Part shown: positions 37,443 through 50,789 of the stretch, piece after piece
Layout: every line of letters starts with the position of its first letter
Position numbering within the stretch: position 1 is the first letter of the stretch
From: Octopus vulgaris
Lineage: Eukaryota
NCBI GenBank assembly: GCA_951406725.2
Contig: OX597815.1
Location: forward strand, 138,570,001-138,634,000
Reading direction: 5' to 3'
DNA: 64,000 bases
The notes under the pieces: model-generated
Told to the model about the DNA's origin: nothing
The model's database searches: none
The model's input: only the letters and a program-made list of their open reading frames with translations
Made by a program: the position numbers and the translations under genes

Positions 37443-40400
37443 TGAATGCAGTGCTCCAAATGACCCAACTCCAACAGGTCAGGGGTCACTTCAACGACCC
37501 GATAGCCAGCAACAAACAACTGACCTAATCCCGCCCATTCTGGCAAGTCAGAACCCACTATCACAAAAACAACAGCCTGATTCTGCCACTACATTGGAAC
37601 CAGTACCTGACGACCCGATTCCAAGTCAAGTTTCACTGCTGCTACAGCAACAACAACAACAACAACACTCTGCTACTGCTACTACAGCCAGAATAGAAAA
37701 ACCACTACTACACCCACATAAAACACCCTGCCGTTACTATTCTCAAGGCAGCTGTAGATTTGGTCCCAGTACACCAACAACAATGGACGCTGTGCTTTTT
37801 CCCATCCTACCTTATGTCGTAGACTTGTTAAGGGCATGGTATAACGGGAAAAAAACTGCCCTCACCTCCACCCCAAATACTGTACTAAATACAGAGTCCA
37901 TGGTCCGGATCCCAAATATGGATGCACAAAAGGCAATGGATGCACCTTCTTCCATCCTAAACTGTGCCAAACTTCTGTGTCACAATGGATGTGCCTGAAC
38001 CCAGAAACCAACCACCACCATCTGAAGGGCACAAAACGATCACAAAATAAATATAAACAGCAACAGAGGAAATCTACGACAACAACAAGAACAAAATACA
38101 ACCACGTTTCCCCTCCTACAATCAAACAATGTAGACAGAACCATGAAAAAACCATAACACCAAATAACACCAACATGAAATATGTATCCTCTGACCAAAG
38201 AGGTAACTCTTTTTTACTGACTTACCTAGAAAATATGAAGGCCGACCTAAGCCAGGAGATCCAACGAGCTATCAGCAATCACTTATGCAAATCACAAGGA
38301 CCACACACCTACTACCAACAAGAAAATCATACACACACAGCTCCATACAAGAACTACCCACATTGTTACCACTGAACAACATAAAACATAACTTAGAACA
38401 ATGCAAACATCAAACTTCCCTTACCTCGACATTCCTGTTAAATGTACGTGGCATCAACCCATCAATTATTGCCCAAAAATGGAAGATCCCATATATAGAG
38501 ACTTGGCTTGCCGAAACGGCACATTGCTTCCCTTTCTTTATCCTTACCGAGACTCACCTGAACAACATCCATATGGACGCCATTGTTCGTGCGGATCGCA
38601 CAGACCGGAATAAGGGAGGGACAGCCATCTTTATCCATGACTCCTTTTCACTTGATACCAAGGAGATATTTTCCAATGGCTACTGTGAATCGGTATCACT
38701 ATTCAGCAAGGCCAAGGACATAATCATTGTTGGTCTTTACAGGCCTCCCCAAGCACCTCTAAAATGCTTTGAAGAGTGCCTTAGCAAAGTCAAGTCCTTC
38801 CTTCGGAAGTATCACTCCGGAAACATACTAGTGATGGGTGATTTTAACCTTCCTCATGTGAACTGGCCTACAAATACTCTGAAGTTAGGCAAATGCTCTA
38901 CATCAGATAGAGCAGCTACAGAACTGCTCTTTAATCTAATGGATGAATACTTCCTGACTCAGCTAGTTCTCGAACCAACGAGACAGAATAAAACGATCTT
39001 GGATCTGGTATTGACCAATCACTCTAGCTTCGTTCACAGTATTTCAGTTGAAAAAAACTCTCCTCTCAGACCACCACATGGTACTCTGCAATTTTAATTC
39101 CCGACATATAAAAACCAAACCAGCCAATCCCACTCCATAGCACCCATTTAACAACATTAACTTCCACAAAGCGGACTGGGGAGCAATCAGAAAGGATCTG
39201 TCTTTCATCGACTGGTCTTTTACTCTCAATTCCACCCATATTGAGACCGCATGGCAGCACTTTCAAAACATTGTTACCTATACATGCTCTAAACACGCTC
39301 CCACGAAATCTACTAACACAAACAGAAACCGGCTCCCTAAAAAGAAAAAAACACTCATCAGGCGCATGAAAAGACTCAACAAAAAAATCAGCCAATTAAA
39401 ATATTCCCACACACAACATCCACATTCAACAACAATGAAAAGGCTGAAAAACTTCATCTGCAGACCGACATGAAAACCTCCATTGAAAATCAAAGAGCTG
39501 TGGAGGAACAGTGGGTAATCAAAAACATCAAACAGAACCCAAAAGTGTTCTATTCTTATGCAAATAAGCATAGAACCACTGTCTCACCCATTGGGCCATT
39601 GATCGATGATAACGGTATTCCTCAACATGATGCTAAAGAAATGGCAGAAATACTGCAGAAACAATACTGCTCTATCTTTAGTGTTCCCACTGATATTGAC
39701 GTAACAGAAGCGAACGAAGTTGACTCCCAACATAAAATCTCAGACATAACCTTTACTGCCACTGACATCGTAGCAGCAATAAATGAGGTCAAACACTACT
39801 ATGCTGTAGGCCCTGATGGATTCCCCGCTAGTTTCCTGAAGGAATGTAGACACCAACTTGCAGTCCCTCTGACCAACCTCTGGAGAAATTCCTTAGACGC
39901 AGGTTATATAGCGAAACAGTTTCTATCCCAGTCAGTCAACCCGGTTTTCAAACAGGGAAACAGATCCCTCGCAGTCAACTATCGCCCAATCTCACTCACC
40001 TCCCACATCATTAAAGTGTTTGAAAGAGTGTTAAGATCAAGGATAGCTGACTTCCTGGAGACTCACAAACTCCTAAATGCAAATCAGCATGGCTTTCGCT
40101 GTGGCAGGGACCGTCTAACACAGCTCTTACACCACCTCCCAAAGCCTTGGGAACAGGTTCGAACTCTGATGTCATATATCTTGACTTCAGTAAAGCGTTC
40201 GACAGGGTAGACCATAATATCCTACTCTCAAAATTGGCAAATGTTGGAATCCGTGGAAAAGTTCTACACTGGATTAAGTAATTCCTGGCGAATAGAACAC
40301 AACATGTTGTAGTTGATGGAGTCCACTCAAGCCCAGCAAAAGTCACCAGCGACGTCCCCCAGGGACTGTCTTGGGTCCGCTACTCTTCATAATTTATATA

Positions 40401-41428
40401 AACGACCTTTGCAGTGTCGTACATTACTGCAAAGTGAAAATATTTGCTGATGACACTAAGCTCCAGCAAATCGCCAATGAAGAAGCAGACCGAACTCAAC
40501 TCCAGTCAGATCTATATGCTGTGAGTCAATGGGCAGACAGAAACAAAATGCAACTGAACGAGGGAAACTTTGAGCTGATGCATTTTGGAAGAAATTCCTC
40601 ACTAAAACAACCATACTCTCTTCCTTCAGGGGAACCGCTCACAGCCTCAAACAATATCAGAGACCTGGGTGTAATTGTTGATGACGATCTCAGTTGGAGT
40701 GCACACATCAACAAGAAGGTCGATATAGCTCGTAGGATGAGTTCCTGGATCTTAAGAACTTTCCGGTCCAGAGAACAAGGTGTCATCATACCACTTTTCT
40801 CTTCCTTTGTGCGGCCACACCTCGAATACTGCTGCCCACTGTGGTCTCCCCATACAAGACAAAACATCTCGAGGATTGAGTCACCCCAGAGGGCACTCAC
40901 TAAACGAATTGAAGGCATGGCTGCTCTCGCTTACTGGGATCGCCTTAAAGCCTTGAAACTTTACTCTCTCCAGTGTCGCCGTGAACGGTACATCATGTGT
41001 ACGATGTGGAGAATATACCGCAAAACTTTGCCCAAACGACCTGAACATTAGCTTCAAGGTTCATCCAAGACTGGGACCACGGGCCATACGTCCCCTGCCC
41101 AATTCAAGATCACAGCATACATGTACACTGCAACATAATTTATTTTCCTCAACAGGCCCTGTCCTATTTAACATTATCCCGAAAGAGATCAAAGAGGAAA
41201 AGGATCCCATCAACTTTAAACGGAGTCTGGATAGATTCCTTCAAAGAATACCAGATAAGCCACCCATAATTGGATACAACTCACCCAACAAGAACTCACT
41301 ACTTGAATGGACCATAAACAAAACTTAACTTAAACAGGATTCGAATAATCCTATCAGGTGGTGCAATTAAGTCAGACATGGCCTGGACCAATCTTTGGTC
41401 GAAACATATCTAAGTTTATCTAAGTTTA
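37443..41428 (+). mobile_element. CR1-group LINE (copy 2, divergent subfamily, 5'-truncated, frameshifted)
   Basis: CCCH ORF1 pieces (CRYYSQGSC.., HLKGTKR), APE 38285..39097, RT pieces 39470..41328 with FADD. Same 3' structure and (TATCTAAGTT)2 tail. (TA)n flanks. Confidence 0.9.
38210..38216 (+). promoter_or_regulatory. Candidate -1 frameshift slippery heptamer T_TTT_TTA (LINE copy 2)
   Basis: In ORF1 frame (Ser-Phe-Leu). The -1 frame has TAA at 38204 and is then open into the APE domain. Confidence 0.6.
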
Positions 41429-41436
41429 TATATACA

Positions 41437-41492
<56 letters not shown>

Positions 41493-41495
<3 letters not shown>

Positions 41496-42657
41496 ATCAA
41501 TATAAGGGTAACAAAAAATTCAAGAAAAATTTTCTGCCACCAGCGGTCAAGTGAGAAAATAGAAATAGTCACAGACTATATTATACATTCAACAAAATAT
41601 TAAGGAATGACCCTGAGAAGGTCGTTCGACTCACTTGAAAAGAGCAGCTAAAACTCAAAACCGCAAAAAATAGTAGTAATTCTGAAACTAGAGGAAAATA
41701 AAAAACATTTATCCCCTTCAAACTTTGTACCCTGCAAGGTTTCAACATCTTCACGCAATCAAATTTAATTAAATTAAATTAAATCCGTTTACGCTTGGCT
41801 TGTCTCGTCAGCAAAGTCACCAAAATAGGAGGCAGATATATATACACGAGGCTACACCATCTAAGCCTCGGGTCTATATATCGTAAATTTTCGAATTCAC
41901 CGTAATCGCGCCATCTACTCCGCAGCAAATATAAGCTGCTGATACAAATTTCAGAATTAGTCAAAAATTCATTAATCAATCAATATAAGGGTAACAAAAA
42001 ATTCAAGAAAAATTTTCTGCCACCAGCGGTCAAGTGAGAAAATAGAAACAGTCACAGACTATATTATACATTCAACAACATATTAAGGAATGACCCTGAG
42101 AAGGTCGTTCGACTCACTTGAAAAGAGCAGCTAAAACTCAAAACCGCAAAAAATAGTAGTAATTCTGAAACTAGAGGAAAAAAAAAACATTTATCCCCTT
42201 CAAACTTTGTACCCTGCAAGGTTTCAACATCTTCACGCAATCAAATTTAATTAAATTAAATTAAATCCGTTTACGCTTGGCTTGTCTCGTCAGCAAAGTC
42301 ACCAAAATAGGAGGCAGATATATATACACGAGGCTACACCATCTAAGCCTCGGGTCTATATATCGTAAATTTTCGAATTCACCGTAATCGCGCCATCTAC
42401 TCCGCAGCAAATATAAGCTACTGATACAAATTTGTTTGTTCCGACACACAAGTGCAAACAAGGGAGTCAGAGAAAGGCAGAATTCCACTTAAATCTGAAC
42501 ACTACTATAGAAATATTCTTTTAAAAAAACTTTTCTTCTAATTTTTCTAAATTTAATTATTTAATCGTTACAGTTGAAAAGGTCTCAAAATGACCGAAAC
42601 CGGTACTGAAATGTTCACTATAAAATTATTTTAGCATTTTCTATTTTTGACTTGTTT

Positions 42658-42661
<4 letters not shown>
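41493..42661 (+). mobile_element. Non-autonomous PLE-derived element with a ~482-bp tandem duplication and a terminal hammerhead
   Basis: 41493-~41950 repeats almost identically from ~41975. Ends tttttcatatat like the PLE at ~12880. Confidence 0.65.
42571..42608 (+). ncRNA. Minimal type I hammerhead motif (U3:A8 variant)
   Basis: CAG-TTGAAAA-GGTC tcaaaat GACC-GAAAC-CG-GTA-CTG. Confidence 0.75.
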
Positions 42662-42692
<31 letters not shown>

Positions 42693-42708
42693 TATATATA
42701 TGCATATA

Positions 42709-42750
<42 letters not shown>

Positions 42751-42887
42751 TATATATATATATACATATGTATATATATATATATATATATGTATGTATA
42801 TATATATGTATATATATGTATATACATATATATACATGTATATATATATATATGTATATATGTATATAAATATATATGCATATATAT

Positions 42888-42962
<75 letters not shown>

Positions 42963-43814
42963 ATTTCCAGAAAGTACCTCTAAATTCGAATCTTATAGTG
43001 TGTATTTTCCGTTTGCTCTTTATGCCATTATTTGAATTATTGTATTACCACTAACATAAGTTTATTAATATGGAATTATCATCCCGTTTTTAATTATTGA
43101 ACCAAATCTAAAGAGTAATTATATGCTATAATTTTAATTGATTAATAGCTTTAACATCAGCAAGTATTTTAATTTCATTATTGTTTTCATTTAATATTTA
43201 AGATATTTATATATTTAACAAAATCATATAATTGATTTTATCAAAGGCCTATTTCCTTTCAGCATATTTAGAACAATATGTTAATTATAAAGTTCTCTTA
43301 TAATAATATATATGTATTCATAATCGTATATAATTATGTCTATATATTTATATGTGTATACAAATGCTTATATTAACATACTTGTTCCTCATCACAGAAA
43401 TATTTCAATGAATGCATCTTTTTCTATATATATATATATATGAATGAAACAGTAAATAAATATTTTAAAATAAACTGTATTTTGCTAATTATTCCATTAC
43501 ATCTCGTTATTTCTTTTTGCGTAGTGCTTAAATATAAACTCCAACTTACAAGCAAACTCAAACATTGAAACATACAAGTATAGGGATATTGTGGATTAAA
43601 TCTGCTCCAGTACAGAACTAGTGTTTATTAGATGTTAGTAACGGAACGAGTCTTTCTAACGAATGTTTATTTGTGCATCCAACTTTATATGCATATGCTG
43701 GGAAAACGCCATAAATTGCAGCAATCTCCCTGAGAAATCATCTGATGTGAAAGAATAGAGGTGTCTAGTCCTGAAAAATGGAATCTAAGTAACCAGAGCA
43801 GGATGTAACTAAAT

Positions 43815-44228
43815 ACATATTTCTTTACTACCCACAAGTGGCTAAACACAGAGAGGAAACAAAGGCAGACAAACGGATTAAGTCGATTATATCGACCCCA
43901 GTGCGTAACTGGTACTTATTTAATCGACCCCGAAAGGATGAAAGGCAAAGTCGACCACGGCGGAATTTGAACTCAGAACGTAGCGGCAGACGAAATACCT
44001 ATTTCTTTACTACCGTCAACGGGCTAAACACAGAGGAGACAAACAAGGAGAGACAGACGGATTAAGTCGATTATATCGACCCCAGTGCGTAACTGGTACT
44101 TAATTTATCGACCCCGAAAGGATGAAAGGCAAAGTCGACTTCGGCGGAATTTGAACTCAGAACGTAATGACAGACGAAATACCGCTAAGCATTTCGCCCG
44201 ACATGCTAACGTTTCTGCCAGCTCGCCA
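43815..44228 (-). mobile_element. SINE family B with internal tandem duplication (~180 bp)
   Basis: Body ggattaagtcgattatatcgaccccagtgcgtaactggtac occurs twice. One tRNA-like head at the right end. Confidence 0.85.
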
Positions 44229-44903
44229 CTACAACCAATGAATTTTTTTATTGATACTCTGCTGCTGTACATATTCGTATTCGCAAGTCAGTAGCTAATA
44301 TATTTTACACCGGAACATTTACGACAGCATAACTAGCGGTAGCTTCACCCACTGAGCCCAGTCATGTGGATGCTACGATGCTTTATAAAACCAGGTTTGA
44401 CATATTAAGAAAACAATTAAACAATGTAGTTCCTGATGTATAATCTAATTCTTGATGTATAAGTTCAGCTACTTATAAGCTGTAATATTTTTAATCGTAC
44501 ATTTGCTCAATGAAACCTGACCCGGGGTTAAATAATACTTAAAATACGCTAATTTCATAATGACTAAATATCAAATCTGTCCACTACAGAATATATTGGA
44601 AATAAATTGTCCATAGGTTAATGATACATTGTTTTATTCTTTCACTGGCTGCACTCATTGGATATCAGACGTTCGTGAGTTTAGTCATCTCATCAAACAC
44701 AGTATTTTAGTTTCAGTATCTAATGGATTGTCATCTATTAGTCAGACTGTTGAGGTAGGAGGTATACCCGAGAAGAGAGGTCTTAAGCGATGTAAACACA
44801 ATCATATAAGCAGAAATTCGCACGAACAAAGTAATATATTTTTACACACACATCCAACACACGCGCGCATATACATACATACATACATACATACATACAT
44901 ACA

Positions 44904-44938
<35 letters not shown>

Positions 44939-45047
44939 TTATAGAAATAAGGATAAGATCGTTAATTTAAATATCGATCTTATCAAGTGGCCAGCATGGG
45001 AATAAAAACCTTCATAGGTAATAATTATTATTAAAATTATAATTTAG

Positions 45048-45438
<391 letters not shown>

Positions 45439-45568
45439 GTGTATGTATATATATACATGCATATAACTCACCCTTTGAGTCAGTTTGCAAATTTTATCTT
45501 GCCGATGAAAAATAAAAGAAGCAAAACCTATCTCTCTCTCCCTCATTACGCATCTCTCAGTCTGTCTG

Positions 45569-45620
<52 letters not shown>

Positions 45621-46904
45621 GCTAGCTAGCTATACATACATACATACATACATGCATACATATATGCTTGCATATATATATTATTATAAATAATCAGTAT
45701 TAGTACAGAATTATAATCTGTGTATCTTACTTAACGAGGATATATTTCAAGAACGCCACAGTACTACGGCATTCGTCTCGAGAAAGCATCTCGTAAAGAT
45801 GTATAGAGCGAAAAAAGCACGAAAGTATCAGTAGCGGGAGAAAAGTTTCCAGCGACAGCAGCAGCAGCAGCAGTAGCAATGGCAGTAGCAGCAGCAGAAC
45901 TTACTAGATTATATGATTTCTGCGTCATCGGTAAGAAGTATCCTCTAACAATCAATTACAAAGCGAACTTTCGCATTTACAGCAATTAATGAGTCATTGG
46001 TATCGCAGGCAGAGTAAAAGTGCGTTTTAACGGCGGAAATAGTATTATTTGAAAACAATTACTCGTGATGCCATGCAGTGGCACCTTATGGAGAACGAAA
46101 TGAATTGTTTTACTGATTTATACATATATGATGCATATTAAATTACTTTTACTAGTGGTGGCAGTATCTGGGGTTACGCGAAGCTTCAGCCTGTGCCGCT
46201 GGTGCTACTGGCGAAGTGGCCCCCGCTCCACTCTAATAGACCGGGAACTCCCTGTGCATTGAGCTCGCGTTCGCACTGCGCGGGTGCCCGCTTCAGTCGG
46301 CCCGGGGAGAAGAGGTGGTGGGGCGTAGGTGCCTGCCTTTCCGGCTTGCCCCGGGCCTCGCGTCGCGTCCAGGAAACTAGGCCACTTCAGTGCCCATACC
46401 GAATGAGAGTCCGATGACAGCCGCGGGAGGTGGGGGCTGTCGGTCTCATCCGATCAGTCTTCCTTCGATTTGACGCCATGCCGGCCTCGCGCGCCGCTGG
46501 AGCTTGGCCTACCCATCGCATGTGACACCGTCCCAACCATGTCTACGAATAGATTTTGATGAGCTGGTGGTTTCAATGTTGAATTGTTGGAAATACCTAT
46601 TATATACGGTCCATCTGGTAAAGTAGCTGGATCTCCTTGTAGTCTTACACAACTAATACTACATTTGATATATAACATATACACAGACATGGACACAACT
46701 TGAAAGACTTTGAGTATATAGACTTCTTCGAGATCGCAGCTAACAAGGATTAAACAGCAACAATAGTAACAAATATAACGACTACATCACAAAGGTAATC
46801 ATCATCTCATTTATTTTTATTATTCGTGAAAAATCACCATTTTGGTCGAAATGATTCTGATCATGGCCATCATGTTTATAATCCTCACGATAATAATGAC
46901 GATC

Positions 46905-46905
46905 G

Positions 46906-46939
<34 letters not shown>

Positions 46940-47020
46940 CCTCCTCCTCCTCCTCCTCCTCCTCCTCCTCCTCCTCCTCCTCCTCCTCCTCCTCCTCCTC
47001 CTCCTCCTCCTCCTCCTCCT
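46905..47020. repeat. (CAT)n-(CCT)n microsatellite
   Basis: Directly visible. Confidence 0.95.
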
Positions 47021-47189
47021 GATATAAAATGGATTCTATATATTAACTATTCTGTTGTGCTCTTTAAATGTGGCATAAGATTTTAATAAACCTAAACATT
47101 TATCGCTTTTATGCTTTTCGTACTCTATAGCCATTTACTTACATTTTAAATTAATGAATTCAATATACCATTATTTCATACAAGTCTTT

Positions 47190-47405
47190 GTAATATTGGT
47201 TTCAAATTTTAGCACTAAGCCAGCTATTTCGGGGAAGGGCTAAGTCGAGGACAACGTTCTCAGTTTCCAACTGGTACTTATTTCATCGACCTCGAAAGGA
47301 TGAAATGCAACGTCAACTTCGGTGGAATTTAAACTCAGAACACGAAGACGGACAAAATGCCGTTAGCATTTTACCTGGCGTGTAAACGATTCTGCCAACT
47401 CACTG
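47190..47405 (-). mobile_element. SINE family B
   Basis: ctggtacttatttcatcgacctcgaaaggatgaaa...aactcagaa matches the family body. Confidence 0.75.
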
Positions 47406-47599
47406 CATAAAGTATTTGTAATGCTTTTAGACAAAATATCATAGCATAGATCACTATTGATTTCATACAAGACACATTACTGTTGACATTTCAAAATAAT
47501 CATATTGTTCAATTGGAATTCTATCCAGGAATATGTGTCATTGCAGCATGCATTGAGAACTTATTTGTTTTTCGCGGTTGATCATGAAGAAAATATTAT

Positions 47600-48029
47600 A
47601 TGGCTGTGTGGTAAGTAGCTTGCTTACCAACCAAATAGTTTCGGGTTCAGTCCCACTACGTGGCACCTTGGGCAGCTGTCTTCTACTATAGCCTCGGGTC
47701 GACCAAAGCCTTGTGAGTGGATTTAGTAGACGGAAACTGAAAGAAGCCCGTCGTATATATGTATATATATATGTGTGTGTATATATATATATATATTTAT
47801 ATATATGCGTGTGTATATCTTTGTGTGTCTGTGTTTGTCCACCCAATATCGCTTGACAACCGATGCTGGTGTGTTTACGTCCCTGTAACTTAGCGGTTCG
47901 GCAAAAGAGACCGATAGAATAAGTACAGGCTTACGAAGAATAAGTCCTGGGGGTCGATTTGCTCGACTAAAGGCGGTGCTCCAGCATGGCCACAGTCATA
48001 TGACTGAAACAAATAAAAGAGTAAGAGTA
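47600..48029 (+). mobile_element. SINE family A, near-intact
   Basis: tggctgtgtggtaag...gggttcagtccc...caccttgggc, internal TA tract, 3' stem-loop + GAAAC + aagagta repeats. Confidence 0.9.
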
Positions 48030-48084
48030 TTAGTAATATTTTGTTTTATGTGTGTATACATAGGTTTATGGCATACGTATCTTT

Positions 48085-48490
48085 TATCTCTTATATTTCA
48101 GTCACTTGACTGCTGCCATTCTGGGGCACCATCGAGAAGGGTTTAGTTCAACAAATTAACCCTAGTACTTATTTTTCTTAAAGCATAGTACTTATTATAT
48201 CGGTTTCTGTGCTCAACCGCTGAGTTATAGGCAGGTAAACAAACCAAAACCAGTTATTAAGTGGTGGTGGGGACAAACGCATACACACACATATGTACAT
48301 ACATATATGTGGATACACACACATACATACATATATGACGGGGTTTCTGTCTACCAAATCCACTCATAAAGCTGTGGTCGGCTCGAAGCTACAACAGAAG
48401 ACACATAACAAAGGTGTCACGCAGTGGGACTGAACCCGGAACCATGTGGTCTTAAAGCAAAATTCTTACCACACAGCCACGCTTGCACCT
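48085..48490 (-). mobile_element. SINE family A, older copy (tail-to-tail with 47600-48029)
   Basis: gggactgaacccggaaccatgtgg...cttaccacacagccac. Confidence 0.8.
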
Positions 48491-50269
48491 ATATGTATAC
48501 CTTTTCAAGCTGCTTGTGCCACCAGAACAAATGCATTTTAAAGCATATAAACGTTGCAATGCACAAAAATACTAATAGGTGGTGCATTCTCTCCACATAT
48601 TTAGAAAAAAAAAACATTATCAATTAGTTTCTGGTTTGGTAGAGTTGCTTGGTTATTCTATTCAATAGGAAATGACCTTTGTCTAAATAAATTGTGAAGC
48701 TGGTTACATCAGTCAAAAGAAGTGACTAGTTTATGTCGATGCTTTTAATGTATGGTGAGATCAGAATGTGAACATTTGTAGGCCAAATCTACACGGTGTG
48801 GTGAGGATTTTGGATTTGATACACAGTAAGAATGAAGGGTAGAAGTTAGATATATAGTGTGTTAGCTGCGTGCAATGTGCATGCTATTATTTTAGAGGAG
48901 AGCATGTCATTGTAGTAACAATGGAAGGGATCGAGAGAACAAAAAGTTCGTCTGTTTGTGCTTGTAATGTGCAAGGAATCTTTGCCAATCAAATACTTGA
49001 CGTTCTTTTAAAGGTAATAAATGGTGTATGAGGGTGTGTACTGGATGGCTCTTGCTTTTGTTTTCGTATCCAGGTCAACTACTAAAATAGCAGGTTTACA
49101 ATGTAAGGTTCTACGTACGTGTTCATACTGTCATATTTCTAAACGACATTATTCAATATGTCCTTACATGTTAAAGCTTTTAAGGTGTGATTTGTAAGGA
49201 AATTTTACTGATATTTTCAGCACGTCATTGGAATAGATATAAACGTATTGCTGCAGTATATCGGAAGGAATAGTAAGAAGAAATAATGTGTTGGAGGACG
49301 GCTGAAACACGTTTAAGTGTGAATCTTTTTAAATTATACATATTAACTTCTAAATGTCCTCTAAGCTAGTCTCTGTGTGTAGGTGATAACGATTGTATGC
49401 ATTAAGCTAATAAAAGTTAATGTTGGTTATTAAAAGTAATATGAGATTACTACTCTGTAATCGGAACAATATTATTTTCATGTTAATAGTTTCAGTCAGA
49501 TTTCATGAGCAAAATAATTGCAATAATTCTCCTGAATATTAAAATATCTAAATAGCACAAAAAATATTAACAAGAATATTATCAAAATTTTACTTGAGCA
49601 ATCTCGCATTGAGCTCAAATTATAATGTTATCTTGATTCGATACCTTATACTACAAAGGCATTAATCTTATTTTTTTCTGGTGTGAATCATCCAACATTA
49701 ATTATTATTGACATAAAAGTTGCACATGTTTCTTGTCGTCAATGATATAAAAATAGAATATAAAACGTATAAAGATTTTTAGATACACATATAAAGCGAA
49801 GTTCAGGACATAGCTGTTTATTGCTTTCATAAATAAGTCATAGTGATCTTAGACTGAAAATCTTAATTCACTTGTAGTACTTTTTTAACATCTGTATGAC
49901 AAAATCTGCAGAAGGAAAAAAATGCTACTGGATTATAGTCCCTGTTTATATTTCCTTCAATGTATTTTGTTCTCCGTTCACTTTGTTCTGACTGACAAAT
50001 ATTCAAACTATCGACTACCTCTGTTTCGAGAGAACCAATTACCTTTATCTTACAGATCCGATTCTTATGTGTAACCTCGAAGATTTCAAATACATTTTGC
50101 CGAACTTGGAGCAGCGCTGGAATATCATGTTTGAATACTTTGGTCAAGTTTGCCTTTCAGTCTTTCAAGATTGATAAAGTACCAGTATGTGACAGCTACT
50201 AGTCATGTACTGGGATCGATGTAATTGTTGTCCTTGTGCTAAAAGTTGAAACCATTGTTATTATTATTA

Positions 50270-50775
50270 TGTGATAGAGCAGTGCATGCCATCAGTATAC
50301 TCCTCATGACTACTCGTCTAATAAGAGCACACCAGGTACATGCGTGAAAAACATATTGCGCGACACGGTAATCTCTTATCAAGACAAACAATGTATGACC
50401 TTTGAGGTGGGGCCCAGTTAGAATTTTCTTCAGGTCAAATAATCCACCCTGATCAAAAGGTCCCTGAATAAAGTTTGTTTAATACTTATGAACGAAACAC
50501 CCGTGTTTCCAGAGGTGAATTATTCAGACTCCAAAGAATTCCTCTCAACACATGGCTATGATACTCCTATACTACTGCTTATGATCACAGATGCACATAT
50601 CGTCAGCCACTAAGGTCACAAGCTCAAATGGTTAACATCAGGGAATTGACATGCGGTCCTTAGCAGAATATTTACTGTAGCCCATCTTTTATACCAAGAC
50701 AAAACATACATGATAACACTTCCAATTAGTTAAGATCAGAAGCCATGAGAGCCAGTACCTGCATGAGGGAATTTA
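50270..50775. repeat. ~500-bp dispersed repeat in (TTA)n, copy 2
   Basis: Colinear with 3163-3702. Confidence 0.75.
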
Positions 50776-50789
50776 TTGCTATTATTATT

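Noticed and set aside
46410-46450. ccgatga-cagcc..ggctg as a hammerhead
   Set aside because: Core is CCGATGA and no GAAA follows the stem.
47600-47660. tRNA genes at SINE heads
   Set aside because: A/B-box-like motifs continue into SINE bodies without a full cloverleaf.
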